Source: an uncultured beta proteobacterium (GTDB taxonomy: Bacteria; Pseudomonadota; Gammaproteobacteria; Burkholderiales; SG8-39). From it: DNA of 64,000 bases. Location: the NCBI GenBank assembly GCA_963735025.1, contig CAVTJG010000019.1:28596-92595 (forward strand), in the 5' to 3' direction. Under the pieces are notes generated by a model. That model made no database searches. It had not been told where the DNA came from and saw nothing but the letters and a program-made list of their open reading frames with translations. A program made the translations under genes and the position numbers. Of this stretch, positions 41,260 to 52,788 are shown one piece after another; position 1 is the first letter of the stretch, and each line of letters starts with the position of its first letter.

Positions 41260-44168
41260 ATGAAACGCATGCTGTTTAACGCAACACAGGCCGAGGAACT
41301 CCGTGTTGCGATCGTCGAAGGTCAGAAGCTCATTGATCTCGACATCGAATCGGCCAGCAAGGAACAACGCAAGGGAAACATCTACAAAGGAATCATCACC
41401 CGGGTCGAACCCAGTCTCGAAGCAGCATTTGTCGACTACGGCGCCGAGCGCCACGGGTTCCTGCCCTTCAAGGAAATCTCGCGCACCTATTTCAAGTCGT
41501 CCGTGGATCCGGGCCGCGCGCGGATCCAGGACGCGGTTGCCGACGGGACCGAGGTCCTCGTCCAGGTCGAGAAGGACGAGCGCGGCACCAAGGGCGCTGC
41601 GCTTACCACGTTCGTCAGCCTCGCCGGGCGCTATCTGGTTCTGATGCCGAACAACCCCCGCGGCGGGGGCGTTTCGCGCCGTATCGAGGGCGAGGATCGC
41701 AACGAGCTGCGCGAGGCGATGGACCAGCTCACCGTGCCGCAGGGCATGAGCATCATCGGACGCACCGCCGGAATCGGGCGGAGCGCCGAAGAGCTGGCCT
41801 GGGACCTCACCTACCTTCTCAAGCTTTGGGAAAAGGTCATCGAGGCCGCCGAGCCGCATCGCTGGCAGGAGGCCGAAGTCGAGGAAGCGACCCGTCGCGG
41901 CGCCACGCTGCGCCTCGGCGATCGCGCCAATCCCGCGCCGTTCCTCATCTACCAGGAGTCGAGTCTCGTCATCCGGGCGATCCGCGACTACTTCCAGCCG
42001 GACATCGGCGAGATCCTGATCGACACCGATTCGATCTACGAGCAGACGGTCGCCTTCATGGGCAACGTGATGCCCGACAACGTGCAGCGGGTGAAGCGTT
42101 ATCACGACGACGTCCCGCTCTTTTCGCGCTTCCAGATCGAACATCAGATCGAGACCGCATACTCGCGCCAGGTCCCCTTGCCCTCCGGCGGCGCCATCGT
42201 GATCGACCATACCGAGGCGCTCGTGTCGGTCGACGTGAACTCGGCCCGATCGACGAAAGGGGCGGACATCGAAGAAACCGCGCTGCGCACCAACGTGGAA
42301 GCCGCCGACGAGATCGCCCGTCAACTGCGGCTACGCGACCTCGGCGGCCTCATCGTGATCGATTTTATCGACATGGAGAGTCAGCGCAATCAGCGCGAAG
42401 TCGAGAATCGCCTGCGCGACGCGCTGCATCACGACCGCGCGCGCGTGCAGATGGGCAAGATCTCCCGGTTCGGGCTCATGGAGCTCTCGCGCCAGCGGCT
42501 CCGCCCGAGCCTGGGCGAAACGAGCCACCAGGCCTGCCCGCGCTGCAACGGCACCGGACACGTTCGCTCGATCGAATCCTCGGCGCTCCACATCCTGCGG
42601 ATCATGCAGGAGGAAGCGATGAAGGAGAACAGCGCCGCGGTGCACGTGCAGGTTCCCGTCGACGTGGCGACCTATCTGCTGAACGAAAAGCGCGACGAGA
42701 TTCACGCGCTCGAGACGCGGCTGAAGGTCAACATCGTGATGTTGCCGAACATCCACCTGGAGACGCCGAATTACCGCATCGAGCGCATGCGCCACGACGA
42801 CCTGAATCAGGAAGGCGTGCTGCCGCCGAGCTACAAGATGGTGGAAGCCCCCGCCGAAGAGGAGAAGAAGCTCCTCGCGCCGGACGCGAAACCCGCGCGC
42901 CCCGAAGCGGTCGTGAAAAGCATCACGCCGGAACAGCCGGCGCCGATGCCCGTGCCGCGGGCGCCCGCCCCTGTCGCGGCGCAAGCGCCCGCCGCCGTCG
43001 GCATCATCGATCGGATCTTTGCCTGGTTCCGGCAGCCCGCTGAAGCCCAGCCCGCTGCCGCGCGTCCGACTCGCCCCGCGCCGACTGAACCGCGCCGTGA
43101 GCATCGCGAGCGGCACGACCGGCATCAACGACGAGATCGTCAGGACGGACGCCCGCAAGGTGGTCGCTCGGGACAACGTGATCGAGGCGGCGAACGCGGA
43201 GAGCGTGGCGAGCGAAGCGAACGTGGCGGTCGCGACCGCTCGCAGGGCGACCAGCGCCGGCGCGAGCAGCGTGCCGACCAGGGCGACCGGGCGCCGCGTG
43301 AACCGCGCCGTGACGAACGCCAGCGGCGTCCGGAACAGGCCGACGCACAAGCGCAGGAGCCGCGCACTCAGCAACCAGCTCTCGCAACGCCGGCTGCCGC
43401 ACAGGAGGGCGCGCGCGCGGAAGGTGGTGAGCGTCGCGGCGGGCGCCGCCGTCGTCGCGGCCGTGGCGGCAGCGGCGATCGTGCCGAACGCGCCCAGCGG
43501 CAGAATGACGAGGGCCAACGCGAGGACGCGCCCGACGCTGCCGTAGCTGCCACGAGCGCCGACGTGTTGACGCACGCGGCGATTCAGGCAAGCGATGACA
43601 CGGCCCCTGCGCCGCGCCCCGAGAATTCCCCGTGCCCGCGACCGAGCGCAAGGAATTCGCCGCAGCAGAGCCATCGGAATCAGTCGTGCCGGATATGGCG
43701 CCTCAAGCGTCGCCTGCATACTCGACGCCAGTGGAGTCCGCACCGGTCATGTCGGCACCTGTCGAGTCGTCACCAGCGGTATCCGAGGTGATCGACGTCG
43801 CGCCGAGCGCGCCGGTGCACACCGCCGCTGCGGCCGAGCACGAGGAACCGGAGCGTGTCCCTCCCGCTCCGGTGACCGTTCCGCCCGCGGCAGCCGAGGA
43901 GCCACCGCGACCCACTCCGGTTGAAGTTGCGGCAGCCCCGTCTCGCCACGAGCCCGCCCCGATCGCCACGCCCAAGGCACCGCAACCCAGCGTGGACGAG
44001 GCATTGCGCGAAAGCGGTCTGGTACTGATCGAAACCAGTCCGGACAAGGCACAAGCGGTCGCGACGCCAGTGGAAGAAGTACCCATCGCACCGCGCGGGC
44101 CGCGCGAGCGCCGCGCGCCGCCGCCGGATATCGACCAACCCCTGCAGCAGGTCGAGACGCGGAAGTAA
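41260..44168 (+). CDS. rne: Ribonuclease E; apparent frameshift near 43620 in the disordered C-terminal region
   Basis: '[16 protein letters not shown]', 'DVNS', '[16 protein letters not shown]', CPRC; continuation in frame 43632..44168 ends 'SGLVLIET...PLQQVETRK'. Confidence 0.93.
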
Positions 44169-44195
44169 GTGTCAGGGTTGCCCTGGGGAGACCCG

Positions 44196-44301
44196 GTCCA
44201 TCCCCGCGCAAGCGGGGATCCACAAGGCCGCTGAACGCGATCAGCCTGGATTCCCGCTGGAGCCTGCCCTCGAGCGGGGTAATCGGGGGCGGGAGTGACG
44301 G
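44196..44301. repeat. Inverted pair of REP/dRS3-like palindromes (REPIN-like)
   Basis: GTCCATCCCCGCGCAAGCGGGGATCCA ... CTGGATTCCCGC[expanded loop]GCGGGAGTGACGG between convergent genes. Confidence 0.7.
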
Positions 44302-44304
44302 GCG

Positions 44305-44798
44305 CTAGGTGCGCCCGGCCTGCTCGTCCTGCAAAGACGCGAGCAGGCCTGTCGCCGCCTCCTCGATCAGATCCAGCACCAGCTCGAACCCTTCCGGTCC
44401 GCCGTAGTACGGATCGGGAACATCCAGCGTCTTCGCGCCCCGCGCGTACTTGAGCATCAAGTCGACCTTCGCACGCGCGACGGGCGGTGCCATCCGCGCA
44501 AGAATCTCGTGGTGATCGCGATCCATCCAAGGATCAGATCGAACGCGCCGAAATCGCCGGTGTCGATCCGCCGCGCGCGGATTCCCGAAAGATCGTAGCC
44601 GCGCGCACGCGCGAACGCCTGGGAACGCGTGTCCGGCGGCTCACCGACGTGATATGCGTGCGTGCCGGCCGAGTCCACCCGAATGGCGTGCGCGAGTCCC
44701 GCGTCGGCGACCATCTTCCGGAACACGCCTTCTGCAGTCGGCGAGCGGCAGATATTGCCGGTGCAAATGAAGAGCACGCTTCGCATCGCGCCGCTCAT
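44305..44798 (-). CDS. Low molecular weight protein-tyrosine phosphatase; apparent 1-nt deletion near 44528
   Basis: 'CTGNICRSP', 'DSAGT', then 'MDRDH...DVPDPYYGG' in the next frame. Confidence 0.88.
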
Positions 44799-46885
44799 CC
44801 CGCCGCACGCGGGCGGTCCGAATCGCCGGCCGCGCCGAACGCACGTCGCCGCAGCTCCGCAAGCCGGTCGCGCGCGTGCGCCGCCTCCTCGAATTCGAGG
44901 TTGCGCGCATGCGTGAGCATCTGCTTTTCGAGTCGCTTGATCTCCCGCCCGAGCTGTTTCTCGCTCATGGACTCGTAGCGCGCCTGCTCTTCCGCGGCTT
45001 TCAGACTCGCCCGTGAGTCCTCGACGTCGTACACGCCGTCGATGATGTCCTTGATGCGCTTCGAGACCCCTGCCGGAACGATGCCGTGCTCCGCGTTGTA
45101 GGCGGTCTGCTTCGCGCGCCGCCGCTCGGTCTCCTCGATCGCACGCCGCATGGAATCCGTGATCCGATCGGCGTAGAGGATCGCCTTGCCGTTGATGTGG
45201 CGTGCCGCGCGACCGATGGTCTGGATGAGCGAGCGGTCCGAGCGCAGAAAACCTTCCTTGTCCGCGTCCAGGATCGCCACCAGCGAAACCTCGGGGATGT
45301 CCAGCCCCTCGCGCAGGAGATTGATGCCGACCAGCACGTCGAACTCGCCGAGCCGCAAATCGCGGATGATTTCGACGCGCTCCACGGTCTCGATCTCCGA
45401 GTGCAGATAGCGGACCCGGACGCCGTGCTCGCCCAGATACTCGGTCAGATCCTCGGACATTTTCTTCGTGAGTGTCGTCACCAGCACACGTTCATCGTTT
45501 CCGGTGCGCAGGCTGATCTCCGAGAGCAGGTCGTCCACCTGCGTCGAGGCCGGCCGCACCTCGAGCACAGGGTCGACCAGGCCCGTTGGCCGCACGACCT
45601 GCTCGACCACCTGTCCGGACCGCGCGAGCGCGTAATCACCCGGCGTGGCCGAGACGAAGATCGTCTGGCGCATGACCTTCTCGAACTCCTCGAACTTCAG
45701 GGGCCGGTTGTCCAGGGCGGATGGCAGGCGGAAGCCGTAGTCCACCAGGTTCTCCTTGCGCGATCGGTCGCCACGATACATGCCGCCGAGCTGCGGAATG
45801 GTCACGTGGCTCTCGTCGATGATCATCAGCGCGTTGGCCGGAAGATAGTCGATCAGCGTCGGCGGCGGCTCGCCCGGCGCGCGGCCGGAAAGGTGGCGCG
45901 AGTAGTTCTCGATTCCCTTGCAGAAACCCATCTCTGCGAGCATCTCGAGATCGAAGCGCGTGCGCTGCTCGATGCGCTGTGCCTCGACCAGCTTGCTCTC
46001 CTTGACGAAGAAATCGATCCGGTCCCTGAGCTCCGTCTTGATCGCCTCGATTGCGCGCATGGTCGTGCTGCGCGGCGTCACATAGTGGCTCGAGGGGTAA
46101 ACGGTGAAGCGCGAAACTCGCTGGTGGGTGCGACCGGTGAGCGGATCGAAGAGCATGAGGCTGTCGACCTCGTCGTCGACGAGCGTGATGCGCAGGGCGG
46201 TCTCCGAGTGCTCAGCCGGAAAGACGTCGAGCACGTCGCCCCGCACGCGGAACGTCCCGCGCCGGAAATCGTATTCGGACCGCTCGTACTGCATCGCCAC
46301 CAGCCGCGCGATCGCGTCGCGCTGCGCGATGCGCTCACGTTCCCGCAGGTGCAGGATCATGCCGTGATAGTCGACCGGATCGCCGATTCCGTAGATGCAC
46401 GACACGGTCGCCACGATGATCGCGTCGTCGCGTTCCAACAGCGATTTCGTCGCCGACAGGCGCATCTGCTCGATGTGCTCGTTGATGCTCGAATCCTTTT
46501 CGATGTAGAGGTCGCGCGCGGGAACGTAGGCCTCGGGCTGGTAGTAGTCGTAGTACGAGACGAAGTACTCGATGGCGTTCTCGGGCAGGAACTCGCGCAT
46601 CTCCGCGTAGAGCTGCGCGGCGAGAGTCTTGTTCGGCGCCAGGATCAGCGCCGGCCGGCCGAGTCGCGCAATGACGTTGGCCATCGTGTAGGTCTTGCCC
46701 GACCCGGTCACGCCAAGCAGGGTCTGGTACGCCAGTCCGTCGGAGATCGCCTCGACCAGCTTCTCGATCGCTTCCGGCTGATCGCCGGCGGGCAGGAACG
46801 GCTGATGCAACCGGTATGGACTGTCCGGAAAGGTCAGGACGGCTTCCTGTGGAGGCGGTGCTTGAACGGTCGCCGGGCTGTTCAC
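44795..46885 (-). CDS. uvrB: Excinuclease ABC subunit B (start uncertain)
   Basis: 'LGVTGSGKT', '[16 protein letters not shown]', 'DESH', 'QTIGRAAR', UVR domain. Confidence 0.96.
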   Translation of the reverse strand: MNSPATVQAPPPQEAVLTFPDSPYRLHQPFLPAGDQPEAIEKLVEAISDGLAYQTLLGVTGSGKTYTMANVIARLGRPALILAPNKTLAAQLYAEMREFLPENAIEYFVSYYDYYQPEAYVPARDLYIEKDSSINEHIEQMRLSATKSLLERDDAIIVATVSCIYGIGDPVDYHGMILHLRERERIAQRDAIARLVAMQYERSEYDFRRGTFRVRGDVLDVFPAEHSETALRITLVDDEVDSLMLFDPLTGRTHQRVSRFTVYPSSHYVTPRSTTMRAIEAIKTELRDRIDFFVKESKLVEAQRIEQRTRFDLEMLAEMGFCKGIENYSRHLSGRAPGEPPPTLIDYLPANALMIIDESHVTIPQLGGMYRGDRSRKENLVDYGFRLPSALDNRPLKFEEFEKVMRQTIFVSATPGDYALARSGQVVEQVVRPTGLVDPVLEVRPASTQVDDLLSEISLRTGNDERVLVTTLTKKMSEDLTEYLGEHGVRVRYLHSEIETVERVEIIRDLRLGEFDVLVGINLLREGLDIPEVSLVAILDADKEGFLRSDRSLIQTIGRAARHINGKAILYADRITDSMRRAIEETERRRAKQTAYNAEHGIVPAGVSKRIKDIIDGVYDVEDSRASLKAAEEQARYESMSEKQLGREIKRLEKQMLTHARNLEFEEAAHARDRLAELRRRAFGAAGDSDRPRAAG

Positions 46886-47061
46886 GATTCGGCCATGAGG
46901 GGCTGCGCGCGTTTGCGTCCAGCCATTGCGCGTCAAACCGAGGATTTTCCCACAATCGCGCTTCCCGGGGAGCGCCCACGCACTCGGCGCGCTGCTTTTC
47001 GCCGAAAAGGTAGAATTCGCTCCGTTTGCCGATCAATTTACCCGCCACCAGAACGCACTCA

Positions 47062-48267
47062 ATGACCGCTTCCCTCCTTGCTGGCGTCGAAATGGCGCCG
47101 CGTGACCCGATCCTCGGTATTACCGAGGCCTTCCACGCCGACACCAACCCGAACAAGATCAATCTCGGCGTAGGTGTCTATACCGACGACGCGGGAAAGG
47201 TGCCGCTGCTCGAGTGTGTGCGCCGTGCCGACCGGGCCATTCTCGAGAATCCGACGCCCTGGAGCTATCTGCCCATCGACGGCCTTGCCGCCTACGACAA
47301 GGCGGTGCAGCAACTGATCTTCGGTGCGGATTCGGCGGTCCTCGCGCAAGGTCGCGGCGTAACCGTCCAGGCGATCGGCGGCACGGGTGCGCTCAAGATC
47401 TGCGCGGATTTCCTGCGCCGCGTGAGTCCGGGTGCGCAGGTGCTGATCAGCAATCCGAGCTGGGAGAACCACCGGGCGCTCTTCGAAGGCGCCGGATTCT
47501 CGGTGAAAGAGTATCCCTACTACGACGCTGCAACCCACGGCCTGAACTTCCCTGGCATGGCTGCCGCCCTCGGCGAGGCGCCGGCAGGGACCATCGTCGT
47601 GCTGCATGTGTGTTGCCACAATCCCACCGGCGTGGACCTCGCCCCCGAGCACTGGGCGGAGGTGCTCCGGATCGTCAAGGCGCGGAACCTCATTCCCATC
47701 CTCGACAGCGCCTACCAGGGTTTTGCCGAAAGCATCGATGCCGACGGCGCAGTCGTGCGGCAGTTTGCCGAGGCTTGCAGCCCGGTCTTCGTCGCCAGCT
47801 CGTTCTCCAAGTCCTTCTCGCTGTACGGAGAGCGGGTGGGAGCGCTCAGCGTCGCAACGGCCTCGAGCGAAGAGTCGGCACGCGTCCTGAGCCAGCTGAA
47901 GCGCGTCGTGCGGGCGAACTACTCCAATCCACCCACCCATGGCGGAAAGGCCGTGGCGGCGATCCTGACGACGCCAGAGCTCCGCACGCTCTGGGACCGG
48001 GAACTCGGTGCCATGCGCGACCGTATCCGCACGATGCGCAAGGAGCTGGTCGAGCGGCTGCACGCCCGTATTCCAGGATCGGACTTCAGCTTCATGTTGC
48101 GCCAGCGCGGAATGTTTTCGTACTCCGGTCTCACGAAGGCGCAGGTGGTGCGACTGCGCGAGGAATTTTCGGTCTACGTGATCGAGACCGGTCGGATCTG
48201 CGTCGCCGCGCTCAACTCGCACAACGTCGACCGCGTTGCCGAAGCGATCGCCGCGGTCGTGCGTTGA
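47062..48267 (+). CDS. tyrB: Aromatic amino acid/aspartate aminotransferase (class I PLP)
   Basis: 'NLGVGVY', 'CHNPTG', 'D.AYQGF', 'SFSKSFSLYGERVG'. Confidence 0.9.
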   Translation: MTASLLAGVEMAPRDPILGITEAFHADTNPNKINLGVGVYTDDAGKVPLLECVRRADRAILENPTPWSYLPIDGLAAYDKAVQQLIFGADSAVLAQGRGVTVQAIGGTGALKICADFLRRVSPGAQVLISNPSWENHRALFEGAGFSVKEYPYYDAATHGLNFPGMAAALGEAPAGTIVVLHVCCHNPTGVDLAPEHWAEVLRIVKARNLIPILDSAYQGFAESIDADGAVVRQFAEACSPVFVASSFSKSFSLYGERVGALSVATASSEESARVLSQLKRVVRANYSNPPTHGGKAVAAILTTPELRTLWDRELGAMRDRIRTMRKELVERLHARIPGSDFSFMLRQRGMFSYSGLTKAQVVRLREEFSVYVIETGRICVAALNSHNVDRVAEAIAAVVR

Positions 48268-48375
48268 ACGCGCGCCGCCGCCTTTCCACGCCGCCGAGAT
48301 TTGCTCGATCGCGGCGCACATTTCGGCGCACGTGCGCTTGAAATTTAACGTGTACTCGCGCATGATTCGCCAGCC

Positions 48376-50334
48376 ATGGCCACCGCGCGCGTCACAAAAC
48401 TGAAACGGAACGACGAACCGAAGCGGATCGAGGGCAAGCCGTGGACTGCCGCCGACTCCATCGAGCTCTACGGCATCCGGAACTGGGGTGCGGGATACTT
48501 CGATCTGGCCGACGACGGCAACGTGACGGTGAACGTGCCGTTCGACGGCAAGCGCGTCGGGGTCAGCATTCTCGACATCATCGCCGGCATGCAGCAGCGC
48601 GGCTTGCAGATGCCGGTGCTCCTGCGCATCGAGAACATCCTCGACGCGCAGATCTCGCTCCTCAACGAAAGCTTCGGCAAGGCGATGCGCAGCCTCAACT
48701 ACAGGGGCACGTACCGGGGCGTCTTTCCGATCAAGGTGAACCAGCAATGTCAGGTCATCGAGGAGATCGCCCGGTTCGGTGCGCGCTACGGTCACGGCCT
48801 CGAGGCCGGTAGCAAAGCCGAGCTGCTGATCGCCCTCGCCAGCCTCGACGCCGGTTCCGGATACATCATCTGCAACGGCTACAAGGACGCCGAATTCGTC
48901 GACCTCGGCCTGCAGGCCCTCAAGCTCGGATTCAAGTGCATCTTCGTCATCGAGACGCCGGCCGAGCTGCCGATCATTCTCGAATCGAGCCGCACGCTGG
49001 GCATCCGGCCGATGCTCGGCGTGCGAGTCAAGCTTTCGTCCCGGGTCGGCGGGGCCTGGAACGAATCGAGCGGCGATCGCAGCATTTTCGGCCTGACCAC
49101 GTCGCAGCTCGTGGAGACCATCGATCTGCTGCGCCAGCACGAGATGCTGGACTGCCTGCAGCTCCTGCACTATCACCTCGGATCGCAGATTCCGAACATC
49201 CGGGACATCCGGGCCGGAGTGCTGGAGGCCTGCCGCTATTACGTCGACCTGGTGAAGGAAGGGGCGGCGCTCAGCTATCTCGATCTCGGCGGCGGACTTG
49301 CCGTGGATTACGACGGCTCCCAGACCAATCAGGATTACAGCAAGAATTACTCGCTGGACGAATATTGCCTCGACGTGGTGGAGGCGATCATGAGCGCGCT
49401 CGATCCGCAGGGCGTCCCGCATCCGGTGATCATCACCGAGTCGGGGCGTGCGACCGTTGCCTACTCGTCGGTGCTGCTCTTCAACATCCTGGACGTGACG
49501 CGGTTCGAGCCTGGCGAGTTACCCGCCCCCGACCCCGCCCATGAGCATGAACTGATCGGCAATCTGCGCGAATCGCTGAAGAGCATCAACCCGAAGAATC
49601 TTCAGGAGTGCTACAACGACGCGGTCTACTACCGGGAGGAGATCCGCGAGCTGTTCAAGCGCGGTCAGATCCGCCTGCGGGAGCTGTCGCTCGCTGAGGA
49701 CATCTTTCTCGAAATCGTCCGCGGGATCGTCGGCGAGCTCGAGCAGGCCAGGCGGGTGCCGGCCGGCCTGGCGGGCCTGGAACATTCCCTCTCGGACATC
49801 TACTACGGCAATTTCTCGGTCTTCCAGTCGCTGCCGGATGTCTGGGCCATCGAGCAGATCTTCCCGATCATGCCGGTCCACCGCCACAACGAGGCGCCGA
49901 CACGACAGGCGATCATCGCCGACATCACCTGCGACTCGGACGGCAAGATCGACCGCTTCATCGGCCGGCGCGGTGACGGCAAGACGCTCCCCGTTCATCC
50001 GCTGATCGAGGGCGAGCCCTACCACTTCGGGGTCTTCCTGGTCGGCGCCTACCAGGAGACGCTTGGCGACTTGCACAACCTGATGGGCGACACCAACGTG
50101 GTGAGCGTGCGAATCAATGAGGACGGCACGTTCGACGTCGTGCGGGAGATGAACGGCGACAGCATCGCCGACGTGCTCTCCTACGTCGAATACCAGCCCC
50201 AGCAGCTTCTGGAGCAGTTCCGCAAGATCGCCGAGCGGGGCGTTCGCGAGGGCCGGATCTCGCTCGCGGAGCGCCAGTCCATGCTCGAGGCATTTTCCGC
50301 CAGCCTCCGCGGCTACACTTACTACGAAGATTGA
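48376..50334 (+). CDS. speA: Biosynthetic arginine decarboxylase
   Basis: 'FPIKVNQ', 'EAGSKAEL', 'HLGSQI', 'DITCDSDG', 'GAYQETLGD.HNL'. Confidence 0.95.
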   Translation: MATARVTKLKRNDEPKRIEGKPWTAADSIELYGIRNWGAGYFDLADDGNVTVNVPFDGKRVGVSILDIIAGMQQRGLQMPVLLRIENILDAQISLLNESFGKAMRSLNYRGTYRGVFPIKVNQQCQVIEEIARFGARYGHGLEAGSKAELLIALASLDAGSGYIICNGYKDAEFVDLGLQALKLGFKCIFVIETPAELPIILESSRTLGIRPMLGVRVKLSSRVGGAWNESSGDRSIFGLTTSQLVETIDLLRQHEMLDCLQLLHYHLGSQIPNIRDIRAGVLEACRYYVDLVKEGAALSYLDLGGGLAVDYDGSQTNQDYSKNYSLDEYCLDVVEAIMSALDPQGVPHPVIITESGRATVAYSSVLLFNILDVTRFEPGELPAPDPAHEHELIGNLRESLKSINPKNLQECYNDAVYYREEIRELFKRGQIRLRELSLAEDIFLEIVRGIVGELEQARRVPAGLAGLEHSLSDIYYGNFSVFQSLPDVWAIEQIFPIMPVHRHNEAPTRQAIIADITCDSDGKIDRFIGRRGDGKTLPVHPLIEGEPYHFGVFLVGAYQETLGDLHNLMGDTNVVSVRINEDGTFDVVREMNGDSIADVLSYVEYQPQQLLEQFRKIAERGVREGRISLAERQSMLEAFSASLRGYTYYED

Positions 50335-50350
50335 CCCGGGCAGGCACTGC

Positions 50351-51544
50351 ATGGCGAAGGTCTTGATTGTCGGCGCAGGGGGTGTAGGTCAGGTCGTCAC
50401 CCACAAGTGCGCGCAGATCCCCGAAGTATTCACGGAGATCGTGCTCGCGAGCCGGACCGAGGAGAAGTGCCGGAAGATCGCGGCGCAGCTCAAGCGGCCC
50501 ATCCGGACCGCGCAGGTCGACGCGGACGACGTACCCAAGATGACGGCACTCCTCGAGCGAGAGAAGCCGCAGCTCGTCATCAACGTCGCCCTGCCCTATC
50601 AGGACCTCCCAATCATGGATGCCTGCCTCGCGGCGGGCGTGGACTACCTGGACACGGCGAACTACGAGCCACGCGATACGGCCAAGTTCGAATACCGCTG
50701 GCAATGGGACTACCACGACCGCTTTCGCGACCGCGGGATCATGGCGCTGCTCGGGAGCGGCTTCGATCCCGGCGCCACCAACGTCTTCACCGCCTGGCTG
50801 CAGAAGCACGAGTTCGACACCATCGAGATGCTCGACATCATCGATTGCAACGCCGGGGAGCATGGCCAGCCGTTCGCCACCAATTTCAATCCGGAGATCA
50901 ACATCCGCGAGGTGACGGCGCGCGGACGCTACTGGGAGGACGGCGCGTGGCACAGCACCGATCCGCTCTCGGTCAGCAAGATGTTCCCCTTTCCGGAAGG
51001 CATCGGTCCCAAGAAGATCTATCTCCTCTACCACGAGGAGCTCGAGTCGATCGTGAAGCACTTCCCGACCCTGCGCCATGCGCGGTTCTGGATGACCTTC
51101 TCCGACAATTACTTGAAGCATCTCGAAGTGCTCGGCAACGTCGGCATGACGAGTATCGAGCCCGTCATGTACGAAGGTCGCGAGATCGTTCCGCTGCAGT
51201 TCCTGAAGGCGCTCCTCCCCGATCCCTCGAGCCTCGGGCCGCTCACCAAGGGGCGCACCTGCATAGGTTGCCTCGTGCAAGGCAAGAAGGACGGCCGCGA
51301 CAAGGTCGCTTTCGTGTACAACATCTGCGATCACGAAGCGGCCTACCGCGAAGTCCAGTCGCAGGCGATCTCCTACACGACCGGCGTCCCCGCCATGATC
51401 GGCGCGAAGATGATGCTGACCGGCAAGTGGCGCGGCGCAGGCGTCTTCAACATGGAGCAGTTCGATCCGGATCCGTTCATGGAGGACATGAACCGCTACG
51501 GGCTGCCCTGGTCGGTCATGCAGGTCGACGCCCCGATGGAATGA
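50351..51544 (+). CDS. Carboxy(nor)spermidine dehydrogenase (saccharopine dehydrogenase family)
   Basis: 'GAGGVG', 'YLDTANYE', 'GFDPG', 'FATNFNPEINIRE', 'SYTTGVPA'; adjacent to nspC. Confidence 0.9.
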   Translation: MAKVLIVGAGGVGQVVTHKCAQIPEVFTEIVLASRTEEKCRKIAAQLKRPIRTAQVDADDVPKMTALLEREKPQLVINVALPYQDLPIMDACLAAGVDYLDTANYEPRDTAKFEYRWQWDYHDRFRDRGIMALLGSGFDPGATNVFTAWLQKHEFDTIEMLDIIDCNAGEHGQPFATNFNPEINIREVTARGRYWEDGAWHSTDPLSVSKMFPFPEGIGPKKIYLLYHEELESIVKHFPTLRHARFWMTFSDNYLKHLEVLGNVGMTSIEPVMYEGREIVPLQFLKALLPDPSSLGPLTKGRTCIGCLVQGKKDGRDKVAFVYNICDHEAAYREVQSQAISYTTGVPAMIGAKMMLTGKWRGAGVFNMEQFDPDPFMEDMNRYGLPWSVMQVDAPME

Positions 51545-51627
51545 GGGCGCTTCGCCCTCCCCGCGCGCACGATGACGACCGCGGGGGTGTCCTCCGCGCC
51601 GCGTCGCGCCCCTGACCGTTCACCCGC

Positions 51628-52788
51628 ATGGAGCGCTTTCACAAGCTCGACGCCCGCCGCGTCCCCTCCCCCTGCTTCGTCGTGGACGAGGTGGCGGTGG
51701 AGGACAACCTGCGCATTCTCGGACGCGTACAAGAGGCGAGCGGCGCGCGAATCTTGCTGGCGCTCAAGGCGTTCTCGATGTGGAGCCTGGCCCCGCTTGT
51801 CGCGCGCTACCTGCGCGGCACTTGCGCGAGCGGCCTGCACGAGGCGCGCCTCGGACGCGAGGAATTCGGCGGAGAAGTGCACACATTCTCGCCGGCGTTC
51901 ACCGAGTCCGATCTCGCCGAGATTCTGGAAATTTCGGATCACGTCGTGTTCAACTCGCCGTCGCAGTGGGATCGGTACGAGTCCAGGGCTCGCGAGGTGG
52001 CAGCCCGTCGTCCCGGATTGCGCTTCGGCTTGCGGGTGAATCCCGAGCATTCCGAAGGGGCCGTCCCGATCTACGATCCCTGCGCGCCCTACTCCCGCCT
52101 CGGCATGCCGCGCGCACGCTTTCCCGCCGACAGGCTGGACGGAATCAGCGGCCTGCACTTCCACACGCTGTGCGAGCAGAATTTCGGACCTCTCGCGCGG
52201 ACCGTGGCGGCCTTCGAAGCGAAGTTCGGCGAATTCATTCCGCGCATGGAGTGGATCAACTTCGGCGGGGGCCACCACATCACGCGCGCCGACTACGACG
52301 TCGACGGCCTGGTCCGGTTGTTGATCGATTTTCGCGAGCGCTACGGCGTCCAGCTCTACCTCGAGCCGGGCGAGGCGATCGCCATCAATACCGGCGTGCT
52401 GGTGGCCGAAGTGCTCGATCTGCCCTGGAACGGGATGCCGCTCGCGATTCTCGACACCTCCGCCACCTGCCACATGCCGGACACTCTCGAGATGCCCTAC
52501 CGGGCGCACATCCTCGGGTCCGGCAATGCAGGCGAATTTGCCCACACCTATCGACTCGGCGGCCAGACCTGCCTCGCGGGTGACATCATCGGCGACTATT
52601 CTTTCCGCGAACCGCTGCAGGTCGGCCAGCGCCTCGTCTTTGCCGATATGGCCCACTACACGATGGTGAAGACGACGACCTTCAACGGGATCGGCCTGCC
52701 GAGCATTGCGATCTGGAACTCGGACACCGACGCGATCCGCGTTGTGCGGGAATTCGGCTACGACGAATTCAAGCGGAGGCTGTCATGA
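51628..52788 (+). CDS. nspC: Carboxy(nor)spermidine decarboxylase
   Basis: 'LLALKAF', 'YDPC...SRLG', 'HFHTLCE', 'NFGGGHHIT', 'CLAGD', 'HYTMVKT.TFNG'. Confidence 0.93.
   Translation: MERFHKLDARRVPSPCFVVDEVAVEDNLRILGRVQEASGARILLALKAFSMWSLAPLVARYLRGTCASGLHEARLGREEFGGEVHTFSPAFTESDLAEILEISDHVVFNSPSQWDRYESRAREVAARRPGLRFGLRVNPEHSEGAVPIYDPCAPYSRLGMPRARFPADRLDGISGLHFHTLCEQNFGPLARTVAAFEAKFGEFIPRMEWINFGGGHHITRADYDVDGLVRLLIDFRERYGVQLYLEPGEAIAINTGVLVAEVLDLPWNGMPLAILDTSATCHMPDTLEMPYRAHILGSGNAGEFAHTYRLGGQTCLAGDIIGDYSFREPLQVGQRLVFADMAHYTMVKTTTFNGIGLPSIAIWNSDTDAIRVVREFGYDEFKRRLS

Noticed and set aside
43610..43640. Programmed -1 frameshift in rne
   Set aside because: No X XXY YYZ slippery heptamer evident; better explained by the window-wide indel pattern.
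45086..49422. Very long antisense ORFs (659 aa opposite uvrB, 787 aa opposite tyrB/speA)
   Set aside because: Shadow frames of GC-rich genes with strong codon bias; no recognisable motifs.
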